From the NCBI GenBank assembly GCA_037481775.1, contig JBBFKZ010000001.1, positions 160,001 through 224,000 of the forward strand: DNA of 64,000 bases, given 5' to 3'. How positions within the stretch are numbered: position 1 is the stretch's first letter; each line of letters starts with the position of its first letter. Below, piece by piece: positions 9,001 through 17,535 of the stretch. The position numbers and the translations under genes are program-made. This DNA is from Candidatus Bathyarchaeia archaeon (GTDB lineage: Archaea > Thermoproteota > Bathyarchaeia > Bathyarchaeales > Bathycorpusculaceae). Below the pieces are notes generated by a model. The model was not told the origin of the DNA and did no database searches. It saw only the letters and a program-made list of their open reading frames with translations.

Positions 9001-9206
9001 TTGAATTCACCGAGTTTAGGTTTCTCTATGTTATTAGTAGCTTATTTATTTACTTTTAGAAAACGCGGGGTCTAATTGGTTATTGAATTTCGTTACGGCT
9101 ACGGTGGCGTCCCATGCTTAGAGTGGTCGATGCTATCCGTGAATAATTCGCTTTACATAAATTTTGATTTTGTTAATTAAAGAACAAGTTATCATGGTGC
9201 AGATTA

Positions 9207-9259
9207 ATAGCCCCCTCTATAGGTTTCTGCATTGAATTGCTAATATGCGCCAAATATGA
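9207..9259. repeat. Dispersed intergenic repeat, copy 1
   Basis: 9212..9259 is identical over 48 nt to 25265..25312 (CCCCTCTATAGGTTTCTGCATTGAATTGCTAATATGCGCCAAATATGA). Confidence 0.92.
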
Positions 9260-9388
9260 TGGTTTTCCTTTGTGATGTATCAAATCCTTTGTATGGTAAG
9301 TACGGATGTGGAAAGCTTGTTACGCTTTTCTTTTGGAAAATGCTTAATTAAGGGATGTGCTTATTCTGTGCAGACGGAAGTATAAGCG

Positions 9389-9757
9389 ATGAGTGATGAT
9401 CTTTCAAAGTTACCGCCTCAAGTTCAAGAGCGCTTGCTGAGGCTACAGCAGTTGCAGCAAACTTTGCAGGCTGTTTTGGCGCAGAAGCAGCAGGTAGAGG
9501 CGGAGAAGAATGAGGTGGAGCAAACCTTAGCTGAATTGCAAAATATAGCGGACGATGCTGTGATTTACAAGGCTGCTGGCTCTATTTTGATAAAGGCGGA
9601 TAAAGCTAAGGTAACTGAAGAGTTGGTTGAACGAAAAGAACTGTTGAACACGCGGAGCACTGTTCTCGCCCGCCAAGAAGAAAGATTACGTAGCCAAGTG
9701 AAGGAAACACAAGCAAAGCTTCAAGAAGACCTCAGTCCCGTTTCGCCATCAGCGTAA
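9389..9757 (+). CDS. pfdB: Prefoldin subunit beta
   Basis: LPPQVQERL, Q-rich coiled coil and IYKAAGSILIK hairpin. Confidence 0.93.
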   Translation: MSDDLSKLPPQVQERLLRLQQLQQTLQAVLAQKQQVEAEKNEVEQTLAELQNIADDAVIYKAAGSILIKADKAKVTEELVERKELLNTRSTVLARQEERLRSQVKETQAKLQEDLSPVSPSA

Positions 9758-9769
9758 TAGTCTGCTAGG

Positions 9770-10075
9770 GTGGAACATGTGGACGAGCTGGGGTTTCCCG
9801 ACTTAACCACCGAGCAAATTGAGGTGTTATGCTCTACAGCGGAGAATGCTGCCAGAAACTTTGTTCTCTCGAAGATGTCCGCCAAAATGGTGGAGAAATT
9901 GAACATAAGCGTGGAAGTTGAAGGAACAAAACCTGTGAATGTGACGGTTGAGATAGAGTTGGAGCTATCGCCGAAAATGAAGGAATTTGACGTTGAAAAA
10001 CTGGTGAAAGATGCGGTTAAAGAGGCGCATAAAGCAAGTGAAAATTACCTGAGAAAACTAGCATGTCCATCCTAA
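9770..10075 (+). CDS. DUF3194 family protein
   Basis: GFPDLTTEQIEVLC..AENAAR; conserved position after pfdB. Confidence 0.75.
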   Translation: MEHVDELGFPDLTTEQIEVLCSTAENAARNFVLSKMSAKMVEKLNISVEVEGTKPVNVTVEIELELSPKMKEFDVEKLVKDAVKEAHKASENYLRKLACPS

Positions 10076-11061
10076 ACATATTAGCTATTCTAGACGAAGT
10101 TGATGCCAAATTCGTTCTTTTACTATGTCATCACAACGCAGATCCCGACGCAATATGCTCAGCCTATGCTTTTCAAGGCTTATTATCAAAGGTAAAGCCG
10201 CACATTGCTGCTGAGATTGGCGCTGGACAGGGGATCAGCAGGCTTTCAAAGCACATCTTAAAGCGGCTGCCTATAACTGTGAACTTGAATCCAAATGTGG
10301 AGAAAGCTGATGCCATATTGCTATTAGACACTAATACAATTCAACAATTGGATTCTTTGTCTGAAAAAGTGGCGAGAATCAAGGTGCCTATAATCGTAAT
10401 TGACCATCATGCAGCTCATCCTGAGACGGAGCGTGTGGCGAGGTTATGTGTAACAGACGAAAAAGCCTCTTCTACATGTGAAATAATTTACGATTTTTAC
10501 AGGCAGCTCAACATTAAACCAGACTTAAATGCGGCTAAAGCGCTGTTTCTGGGGATAACCTTCGATACCCGCCACTTTGTTTTAGCTAATTCTGCAACCT
10601 TTAAAACTATAGCTGCACTCAGTGATATAGGCGTGAATCCTCAAGAGGAGCTGGCTGCGCTTGCTTTGCCAATGGACTTTTCTGAGCGCGTCGCGAGAAT
10701 AAAAGCGTGTAGAAGAGCCAAGCTAGTTAAGATGGAAAGCTGGATAATTGCTTTTTCGCATGTTAGTGCATATCAAGCTTCAGCCGCAAGAGCATTAGTT
10801 GACTTGGGTGCGCATTTGGCAGCAGTGGCGGGGCAAAAAAATGATAAGATTGAGATTAGTCTACGCTGCACCAGCGAATTTCATCAAGCGACTGGCATCC
10901 ACTTAGGAAGAGACATAGCCAAACCCTTAGGCGAGTATCTCCAAGGGATGGGTGGCGGACACGCTACGGCTGCGGGGGTTAATGGCATAGGATCCATAGA
11001 AAAAGGGCTTAAGCGTTGCTTGCGATTGGTGAAAGAAAAACTTGTTGTCACTAATCATTAA
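10063..11061 (+). CDS. DHH family phosphoesterase
   Basis: HHNADPDA, LLDT, IDHH, SSTCEI, FDT, GGGHATAAG. Confidence 0.92.
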   Translation: MSILNILAILDEVDAKFVLLLCHHNADPDAICSAYAFQGLLSKVKPHIAAEIGAGQGISRLSKHILKRLPITVNLNPNVEKADAILLLDTNTIQQLDSLSEKVARIKVPIIVIDHHAAHPETERVARLCVTDEKASSTCEIIYDFYRQLNIKPDLNAAKALFLGITFDTRHFVLANSATFKTIAALSDIGVNPQEELAALALPMDFSERVARIKACRRAKLVKMESWIIAFSHVSAYQASAARALVDLGAHLAAVAGQKNDKIEISLRCTSEFHQATGIHLGRDIAKPLGEYLQGMGGGHATAAGVNGIGSIEKGLKRCLRLVKEKLVVTNH

Positions 11062-11117
11062 TGGGTAGCTACTCTTAAATGTGGCGACTAAGCGTAACAT
11101 AGGCGGGCACAGCGACC

Positions 11118-11972
11118 ATGTCCATAATAGAAACAAAAAACCTCACATACATTTATCCCGGCGCAACATATCCCTCAATTAGCGATGTGTCAATAAAAGT
11201 AGAGAAGGGCGAATTCGTTCTAATTACTGGGCCCAGCGGCTGCGGAAAGACAACATTGTGCCGATGTTTTAACGGGCTTATCCCACATTTTTACCAAGGC
11301 GAATTAAAAGGCGAAATAACCGTGGCCGGGTTGGATCCCACTAAGCATCATACACACGAAATGGCAAAGAGCGTGGGCATGGTTTTTCAAAACCCGGAAA
11401 ATCAGCTTTTTGCCTTATCCATAGAGAAGGATGTAGCGTTCGGACTGGAAAATCTAGGTGTACCCAGAGAAGAAATACGGAAAAGGGTAGATTGGGCGCT
11501 CATGCAAACGGGCATTTACGACCTACGTGAAAGGTCACCGCATGAAGTTTCGGGTGGTCAGCAGCAACGCGTTGCTATCGCCGCTGTCCTCGCCATGCAG
11601 CCCGAAATAATAGTTTTAGATGAACCGACCTCTTTCCTAGACCCGTTGAGTGCAGAGAGAATATTTGAAGTGATACATGAACTTAACAAGAAACTTGGAA
11701 TAACCGTGGTGCTGGTGGAGCATCGGCTTGATTTAACCGCTAAATACGCCGATCACATAATAATAATGGACGATGGCAAGGTATGCTTCGACGGCGCGCC
11801 CAGAGAAATTCTAAGCACCGAAGAAACACGCCTAATCGGTGTAGGTATCCCGAAAGCCACGCTTCTTTACAATTTGCTTAGGAAGGAAGGCATAAAACTG
11901 AGCGATATTACGCCGTTGTCTTCGGAAGAACTGGCAACACTGCTGTTGGAGGCTCTGAAGCCACATGATTGA
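11118..11972 (+). CDS. ecfA1: ECF transporter ATPase (A component)
   Basis: GPSGCGKT, FQNPENQ, VSGGQQQR, LDEPT. Confidence 0.9.
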   Translation: MSIIETKNLTYIYPGATYPSISDVSIKVEKGEFVLITGPSGCGKTTLCRCFNGLIPHFYQGELKGEITVAGLDPTKHHTHEMAKSVGMVFQNPENQLFALSIEKDVAFGLENLGVPREEIRKRVDWALMQTGIYDLRERSPHEVSGGQQQRVAIAAVLAMQPEIIVLDEPTSFLDPLSAERIFEVIHELNKKLGITVVLVEHRLDLTAKYADHIIIMDDGKVCFDGAPREILSTEETRLIGVGIPKATLLYNLLRKEGIKLSDITPLSSEELATLLLEALKPHD

Positions 11973-12789
11973 AGCTGAAAATGTTCACTTTGTTTACCCC
12001 AACGGTGTGGAAGCCTTAAAGGGCGTTTCGCTGGTTATCAGGGAAGGCGAGTTTGTGGCTATAATGGGCCAGAACGGCGCTGGAAAAACAACACTGATCA
12101 AGCATTTTAACGGCTTGCTGAAGCCGACAAAAGGATCAGTGCGGGTAAACGGCGTGGAAACTACCAAAACCAGTGTTGCTTCCCTTGCGCGAAACGTTGG
12201 TTTTGTGTTTCAAAATCCTGATCATCAGCTTTTCAGCGAAACAGTCGAGGAAGAAATAGCTTTTGCATTGAAAAACTTTGGATTCGAAGCCGACGTGATA
12301 GAAAAGCGCATCAGTTGGGCTTTGAATCTTCTGGGGTTAGAGCAGTACCGTAAAACTTCACCTTTTCTGCTAAGCGGCGGCGAGCGAAAAAGAGTTGCGT
12401 TAGCCTCTGTTCTGGCTTGGGATCCGCAAACGCTGGTTTTAGACGAGCCAACGATAGGGCAGGACTATCAACAGAAGGAAAAGCTCCGCCAGTTTATTAT
12501 TCAAATGCAGACACAAGGCAAAACAGTTATTATAGTTACACATGATGTAGAATTTGTGGCTGAGTGCAACCCGCGAGTAGTGTTGATGAAGGAAGGAAGA
12601 ATTGTCGCTGATGGCGAAGGTAAAGGAATACTCACCAACCCTGAAGTTTTAGCTCAGTCATCTGTTGTTCTGCCGCAGATAACTCAAATTTTCATGAAAC
12701 TGACGCCGCTGGGTCTTTCGAAAGACGTCATAGACCTCTACGAAGCAAAGGAAATATTACTCAAGTGCTGGAAGGGAGGTAAGAAATGA
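11965..12789 (+). CDS. ecfA2: ECF transporter ATPase (A' component)
   Basis: GQNGAGKT, FQNPDHQ, LSGGERKR, LDEPT. Confidence 0.9.
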   Translation: MIEAENVHFVYPNGVEALKGVSLVIREGEFVAIMGQNGAGKTTLIKHFNGLLKPTKGSVRVNGVETTKTSVASLARNVGFVFQNPDHQLFSETVEEEIAFALKNFGFEADVIEKRISWALNLLGLEQYRKTSPFLLSGGERKRVALASVLAWDPQTLVLDEPTIGQDYQQKEKLRQFIIQMQTQGKTVIIVTHDVEFVAECNPRVVLMKEGRIVADGEGKGILTNPEVLAQSSVVLPQITQIFMKLTPLGLSKDVIDLYEAKEILLKCWKGGKK

Positions 12790-13574
12790 GCTTTTTTGAC
12801 GGCTTAAAATTCCGCAAAGTCTACTCGCCAATTCACAATTTAGATCCAAGAATGAAGTTCATATATGTCTGCTCGGTGTTTGTAGCGGCGATTCTCTTCA
12901 GCGAAATTATTCCATTATCCATTCTTTTCTTGATGCAAATACCCTTTGTTCTATTGGCGGGCGTCCCAAAGGAGTGGCTCCGTTCGCTTCGCGGCGCCGT
13001 CTTTCTAGCCGCATTCATTTTCCTAATTAATATAGCAACCAGCTTTTTCACTTCAGGCTACATGCTGACAGCAGCCAATGTGGAAAATGCTGCTGCCTTG
13101 ACCCTGCGCTTTATAGTGCTCGTGGAAGCCTTCTCGGTTTTCTTTTTGACAACCTCTCCAGACCATCTGGGTTTGGCGTTAGAGCAGAGCCATGTGCCCT
13201 ACGAGTTCGCTTTTGCCTTCACAACTGCAGTGCGTTTTGTTCCTGTTTTGGCAGAAGAAGCTCATACGATAATGGATGCGCAAAAGGCGCGAGGGTTGGA
13301 GTTGGAGAAAGGTAGTTTCATGAAGAGGATTAGAAACTACATTCCAATTCTCATCCCGCTAATAGTCAGCGCTATCCGGCGAAGCCTCGAGTTGGCTGAA
13401 GCTATGGAGTCACGTGCTTGGGGCGCCGCGAAAAAACGCACAAACTTGTACGCGTTAAAGCTGCACAGAGGCGATTTTGCTTTATTGACGATAACACTCG
13501 CGGTTTTGGCGATTGCGGTTTATGCTAGGCTTTATGTGCCTGTGCCAACGTTAACTCAACTAATTGGAGTTTGA
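12786..13574 (+). CDS. ecfT: ECF transporter transmembrane T component
   Basis: SPIHNLDPRMK, RFVP, AQKARG and AMESRA motifs. Confidence 0.92.
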   Translation: MSFFDGLKFRKVYSPIHNLDPRMKFIYVCSVFVAAILFSEIIPLSILFLMQIPFVLLAGVPKEWLRSLRGAVFLAAFIFLINIATSFFTSGYMLTAANVENAAALTLRFIVLVEAFSVFFLTTSPDHLGLALEQSHVPYEFAFAFTTAVRFVPVLAEEAHTIMDAQKARGLELEKGSFMKRIRNYIPILIPLIVSAIRRSLELAEAMESRAWGAAKKRTNLYALKLHRGDFALLTITLAVLAIAVYARLYVPVPTLTQLIGV

Positions 13575-13727
13575 GCACCACTAATTTGGAGATTTTTCCT
13601 GGTTAGCTTTTAGCTGTTTTTGGTGAATTCCAGTTCATATTAACTATACATATAGCTTATTAATACTTACGACACACCATATTTTTCAAGAAACATCCGA
13701 CACTCTAACCCATGGAGGGCAAAACCC

Positions 13728-15290
13728 ACGAAGAAACAACAAGACCCAAAAACAGTAGACACTCTGGATCAGCCGCAAGCACCAGCAATAATCAGCGGTG
13801 CACCTACAAAACCTGCAGTTTTCCAAGAAGTCTACGCCCTCCAAGAGCCATACGTGTACGCGGCAATTGTCCGAGAAAAAGAAACCCAAAAGCTGCGCTA
13901 CGAAGTTATAGAGCCTACTCTCCAACCAAACGAGGAAAAGTATCTTCGTGAAATAAAGAATTTTCTGATGGATGAAGTAGACGTAAACTTGAAAGAAATT
14001 GAAAACAAAGACAAAGCAGAAAACTTTCTAAGACAAAAAATCCGGGGGATCATAAAAAAGTACCGCATGAAAATCCCAGCAGAAGCGGTTGACAAACTCA
14101 CCTATTACATAATAAGAGATTCCTTAGGCTACGGAAAAATTGACCCATTAATGAAAGATCCTTTAATTGAAGATATCTCTGCAGACGGCACAAACATTCC
14201 GCTCTACGTGTGGCATCGCTTCTACGAGTCGCTGCCAACAAACATAATGTTCACAAACGTCGCTGAACTGGATGCCTTCATAATTCGCCTTGCATATCTA
14301 GCTGGCAAAAGCATTTCTCTAGCTACACCAATTCTTGACGCGACTCTTCCAGAAGGAAGCCGCATACAGCTCACCTACGGCAGCGAGGTCACCCGAAGAG
14401 GCTCAACCTTTACTATAAGGCGCTTCAAAGCGGATCCGCTGACAATCTCGGATCTCATAGCTTTCAACACCCTTTCCTCGGAGATGGCTGCTTACCTGTG
14501 GTTCATCATAGAGAACCGAGCTTCAGTCTTGGTGGCAGGCGGGGTAGCCAGCGGCAAGACCACTCTGCTCAACTGCCTATCCATGTTCATAAAACCTGAA
14601 ATGAAAATTGTAAGTGTCGAAGACACTCAGGAGCTTAATCTCCCACATGAAAACTGGATACCCTCCGTAGTGCGCACTGGCTTCAAAGGTGATGACAAGC
14701 AAAGCGGCGACATCACCCTCTTCGACTTGCTGAAGGCGGCGGTTCGGCAGAGGCCTGACTACATTATTGTCGGTGAAGTGCGTGGTGAAGAAGCCTACAC
14801 GCTGTTCCAAGCCATGGCCACAGGGCACTTGGGCATGTCCACCATTCATGCTGAATCAGTCGACGCCGTAATTAAGAGGCTTGAATCCGAGCCGATGAAT
14901 ATTCCTAAGTCGCTTATTGCGATGACTAACGTCATTTTAGTTATGGAAAGAACCGAAGTTAAAGGGAGACCTGCAAGGCGAGTGAGCGTTGCATCTGAAG
15001 TAAAAGGAATTAATGCAGAGACAGATGAGATTCTAACTGAAAATGTGTTCCGCTGGAGCCCTCAGTTTGACAAGTTCACTTCAGGCGACAGCGTCCTCTT
15101 GGAGAAGCACATGAAGAAGCTGGGTTTAACCGAGGAAGATATACAACGTGAATTTAAAGCTAGGAAGACTGTTCTGGAGTGGATGGTAAAGGAGGGGATC
15201 CGACACTACAGTGACGTGGCCAAAGTGATCAGAGAATACTATGCTAACCCGAACCGTGTCTTCCAAAAGGCGAGAGTGGGGTTCAAATGA
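13728..15290 (+). CDS. Archaeal type IV pilus assembly ATPase (VirB11/TadA/ArlI-like)
   Basis: GYGKIDPL, GGVASGKTT, VEDTQEL, RQRPDYIIVGEVRGEEA, ATGH. The ORF track starts at GTG 13854, but the frame is open upstream and an ACG at 13728 follows GGAGG (see findings). Confidence 0.92.
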   Translation, partial: TKKQQDPKTVDTLDQPQAPAIISGAPTKPAVFQEVYALQEPYVYAAIVREKETQKLRYEVIEPTLQPNEEKYLREIKNFLMDEVDVNLKEIENKDKAENFLRQKIRGIIKKYRMKIPAEAVDKLTYYIIRDSLGYGKIDPLMKDPLIEDISADGTNIPLYVWHRFYESLPTNIMFTNVAELDAFIIRLAYLAGKSISLATPILDATLPEGSRIQLTYGSEVTRRGSTFTIRRFKADPLTISDLIAFNTLSSEMAAYLWFIIENRASVLVAGGVASGKTTLLNCLSMFIKPEMKIVSVEDTQELNLPHENWIPSVVRTGFKGDDKQSGDITLFDLLKAAVRQRPDYIIVGEVRGEEAYTLFQAMATGHLGMSTIHAESVDAVIKRLESEPMNIPKSLIAMTNVILVMERTEVKGRPARRVSVASEVKGINAETDEILTENVFRWSPQFDKFTSGDSVLLEKHMKKLGLTEEDIQREFKARKTVLEWMVKEGIRHYSDVAKVIREYYANPNRVFQKARVGFK

Positions 15291-16282
15291 GAAAAAAGCT
15301 CATGAAGAAACTCGCTACTGCCAAGGAACATTTAGCAGCGCTTAAAGGGTTAGATGAAAGTTCAAAACAAACACAAAAATCACTCTTGAAAGAACCTGTT
15401 GGGTTTTTGGAAAAGCCGTTATCTATAGCTTATCAGCTAATGGGCAGTAAAGCTGAGCGGTTTATGCCCCTATTCAAAGATTTAGACCAAACATTGCAAA
15501 AAGCAGGCTTAAAAATTAACTTCAAAGCATATATAAGCTTAACAATTTTATCGTCGCTATTGATCGCCTTGGCAGTAGCGGCAGTGTTGCCTCTATTGTT
15601 ATTTTCTATTTGCGCCGTGCCAATAAGCTCAGCGCTCTTATTCGGTTTAGGCGGCGGTCTACTCGCATGTTTTCTCTCGATTATTGGTTTTTACCTCTAT
15701 CCAGTTTATCATGCGGATAAGCATAAACGAGAATTGGATGACGAGTTGCCCTTTACGACTGGCTACATGGCTATCCTGTCAAGTGCAGCTGTTCCTCCTG
15801 AAAAAATTTTTTATTCGCTCTCAAACTTGAATGTGCCTTTAGCTGTTTCCGCAGAAGCCAAAGAAGTTGCAAAAGGCATCAACTTGTTCGGTTTAGACGT
15901 GATATCCGCCTTAGAAAGGGTGTCAAAACGCACACCTTCTGAAAAACTGCGAGGCATCATAGAGGGAATAATATCTACAATACACACGGGCGGCAACTTA
16001 AGTGCGTTTCTGAGAGGAAAATTTAAGGTCGCAATGAACCTGAAAAAAGTGGGACTCAAAAAGTACGCCGACAATTTGGCAATTCTGTCGGAAATTTATG
16101 TAGCCTTACTCTTGACTGGCCCGTTGCTTCTAGTCATTATGGTGTCGGTTATGTCGGTGATGGGCGGCAGCATAGGCTTACTCAGCCCCGACATGCTACT
16201 GGGGCTTTTAACTTATTTGGTGATTCCAGTTTGCGCTGTCGTATTCCTCCTAATCTTGGACTCAACTTCGCCAAAATGGTAG
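15287..16282 (+). CDS. Type II secretion F / TadB-TadC-like pilus membrane platform protein
   Basis: LDDELPF, GLDVISALERVSKRTPS, HTGGNL and multiple TM helices; follows the ATPase. Confidence 0.88.
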   Translation: MRKKLMKKLATAKEHLAALKGLDESSKQTQKSLLKEPVGFLEKPLSIAYQLMGSKAERFMPLFKDLDQTLQKAGLKINFKAYISLTILSSLLIALAVAAVLPLLLFSICAVPISSALLFGLGGGLLACFLSIIGFYLYPVYHADKHKRELDDELPFTTGYMAILSSAAVPPEKIFYSLSNLNVPLAVSAEAKEVAKGINLFGLDVISALERVSKRTPSEKLRGIIEGIISTIHTGGNLSAFLRGKFKVAMNLKKVGLKKYADNLAILSEIYVALLLTGPLLLVIMVSVMSVMGGSIGLLSPDMLLGLLTYLVIPVCAVVFLLILDSTSPKW

Positions 16283-16288
16283 ATAAAA

Positions 16289-17104
16289 ATGCCCAAGATA
16301 GAGCGTAAAACGAAAAAACTTGCGATCATGATTTCAGCTCTGATAGCTACCGCAATAGTCCTTGCTGGCTATTTCACTGTTGGCCTCAGCCCCGCGTTAG
16401 ATGACTTCGTGTTTTTCGGTTTTCTCATCGTTATTTCGCCTATCGCGCTCTTGAATTATCTTGATTACAGGTGGAGAAAAGCTGTTGACGAGCGTTTGCC
16501 CGACTTATTCCGAAGCATAGTTCAAGCTCAAGAGACAGGCATGACACTTCACAGCGCTTTAGAAGAAGCAGCAAAAAGAGACTATGGTCCGCTAACTCCT
16601 GAACTGAAAAAGATGACTGCACAGATTTCTTGGGGTGCAAGTTTCGAGGAGGCACTTTCAGCCTTTGGAAAACGCGTGGGCACAGTGCTAACCCAGCGGA
16701 CGGTACCCTTGATAATTGAAGCTAGCCGTTCAGGAGGGCAAGCAGAGAAAATTTTCGGGCCTATGGGCAAATTTATCCAGAGCACTCTTCTGCTTGAGAA
16801 AGAACGCAGAACGCAGACCCGCCCATACATAGCCATAATCTACGTGGCGCTTTTCGTGTTTCTATTCACGATAGTGATTCTTTTCAAAACCTTTTTCACA
16901 AATGTCGACGGCACAGCCTTGTTTTCCATGTCAACGGTTTCACTTATTAATTTGCAGCGAATTTTCATGCATTTAACGATAATTCAAGGATTTTTCGGCG
17001 GTCTCGTGGCGGGCAAAATGGGTGAAGGCTCAATAACCGCTGGCTTAAAGCACAGTCTCATAATGATGCTGCTGGGCTATGTTGCATTGAATTTCTTTTT
17101 GTGA
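16289..17104 (+). CDS. Type II secretion F / TadC-like pilus membrane platform protein
   Basis: VDERLPDLFR, ETGMTL..AL, YGPLTPEL, ISWG, GLVAGKMGEG...GLKHS. Confidence 0.88.
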   Translation: MPKIERKTKKLAIMISALIATAIVLAGYFTVGLSPALDDFVFFGFLIVISPIALLNYLDYRWRKAVDERLPDLFRSIVQAQETGMTLHSALEEAAKRDYGPLTPELKKMTAQISWGASFEEALSAFGKRVGTVLTQRTVPLIIEASRSGGQAEKIFGPMGKFIQSTLLLEKERRTQTRPYIAIIYVALFVFLFTIVILFKTFFTNVDGTALFSMSTVSLINLQRIFMHLTIIQGFFGGLVAGKMGEGSITAGLKHSLIMMLLGYVALNFFL

Positions 17105-17535
17105 GGATGAAGAAAATGGCTAAGGCAGCTAAACGGTTTTTGCAGGATAAGCGGGCCATAACACCCGTTCTCAGTCATCTCTTGCTCACAGTCGTGGCAG
17201 TGGCGGTTATGGCCATTGCCACTTCAGCCACGTTCGTGATAACCACCAATCTCAGGGAGACTATGGGCGAACGCGTCTCAGTCGAAGACGTCTGGTTTAA
17301 CAGTTCCACTGGTACAGTGAACGTTTACCTACGTAACGTGGGTAAAACTGCCATCCAAGTCGTGGCCGTTTACGTGAACCACGTAGGCAGCCCATTCAAC
17401 TCGCCTTTTCGTTTAGAGCTAAATCAGCATGGTTGGCTAAGCGTTAATTGCACATGGAATCCTGGAGACACTTACTATATAGACGTAGTCACAACTAGGG
17501 GGACTCATGTTGCAGGTTATTACAAGGCGCCTTAA
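17101..17535 (+). CDS. Archaeal type IV pilin
   Basis: Class III signal peptide DKRA|ITPVLSHLLL plus hydrophobic helix; LRNVG and VVTTRG pilin motifs. Confidence 0.85.
   Translation: MRMKKMAKAAKRFLQDKRAITPVLSHLLLTVVAVAVMAIATSATFVITTNLRETMGERVSVEDVWFNSSTGTVNVYLRNVGKTAIQVVAVYVNHVGSPFNSPFRLELNQHGWLSVNCTWNPGDTYYIDVVTTRGTHVAGYYKAP

Noticed and set aside
9060-9200. Possible transposase remnant beside repeat copy 1
   Set aside because: Manual translation gave only short stop-riddled peptides without a convincing motif.
9207-9259. Repeat as replication-origin ORB
   Set aside because: A G-string and GAAAC are present on the minus strand, but the TTCCA-N3-GAAA spacing is not met, each locus has one copy, and no cdc6/orc1 is adjacent.
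13712-13951. 79-aa ORF as an independent gene
   Set aside because: It overlaps the ATPase coding frame and has no recognisable motif; considered only as a possible uORF or frameshift clue.
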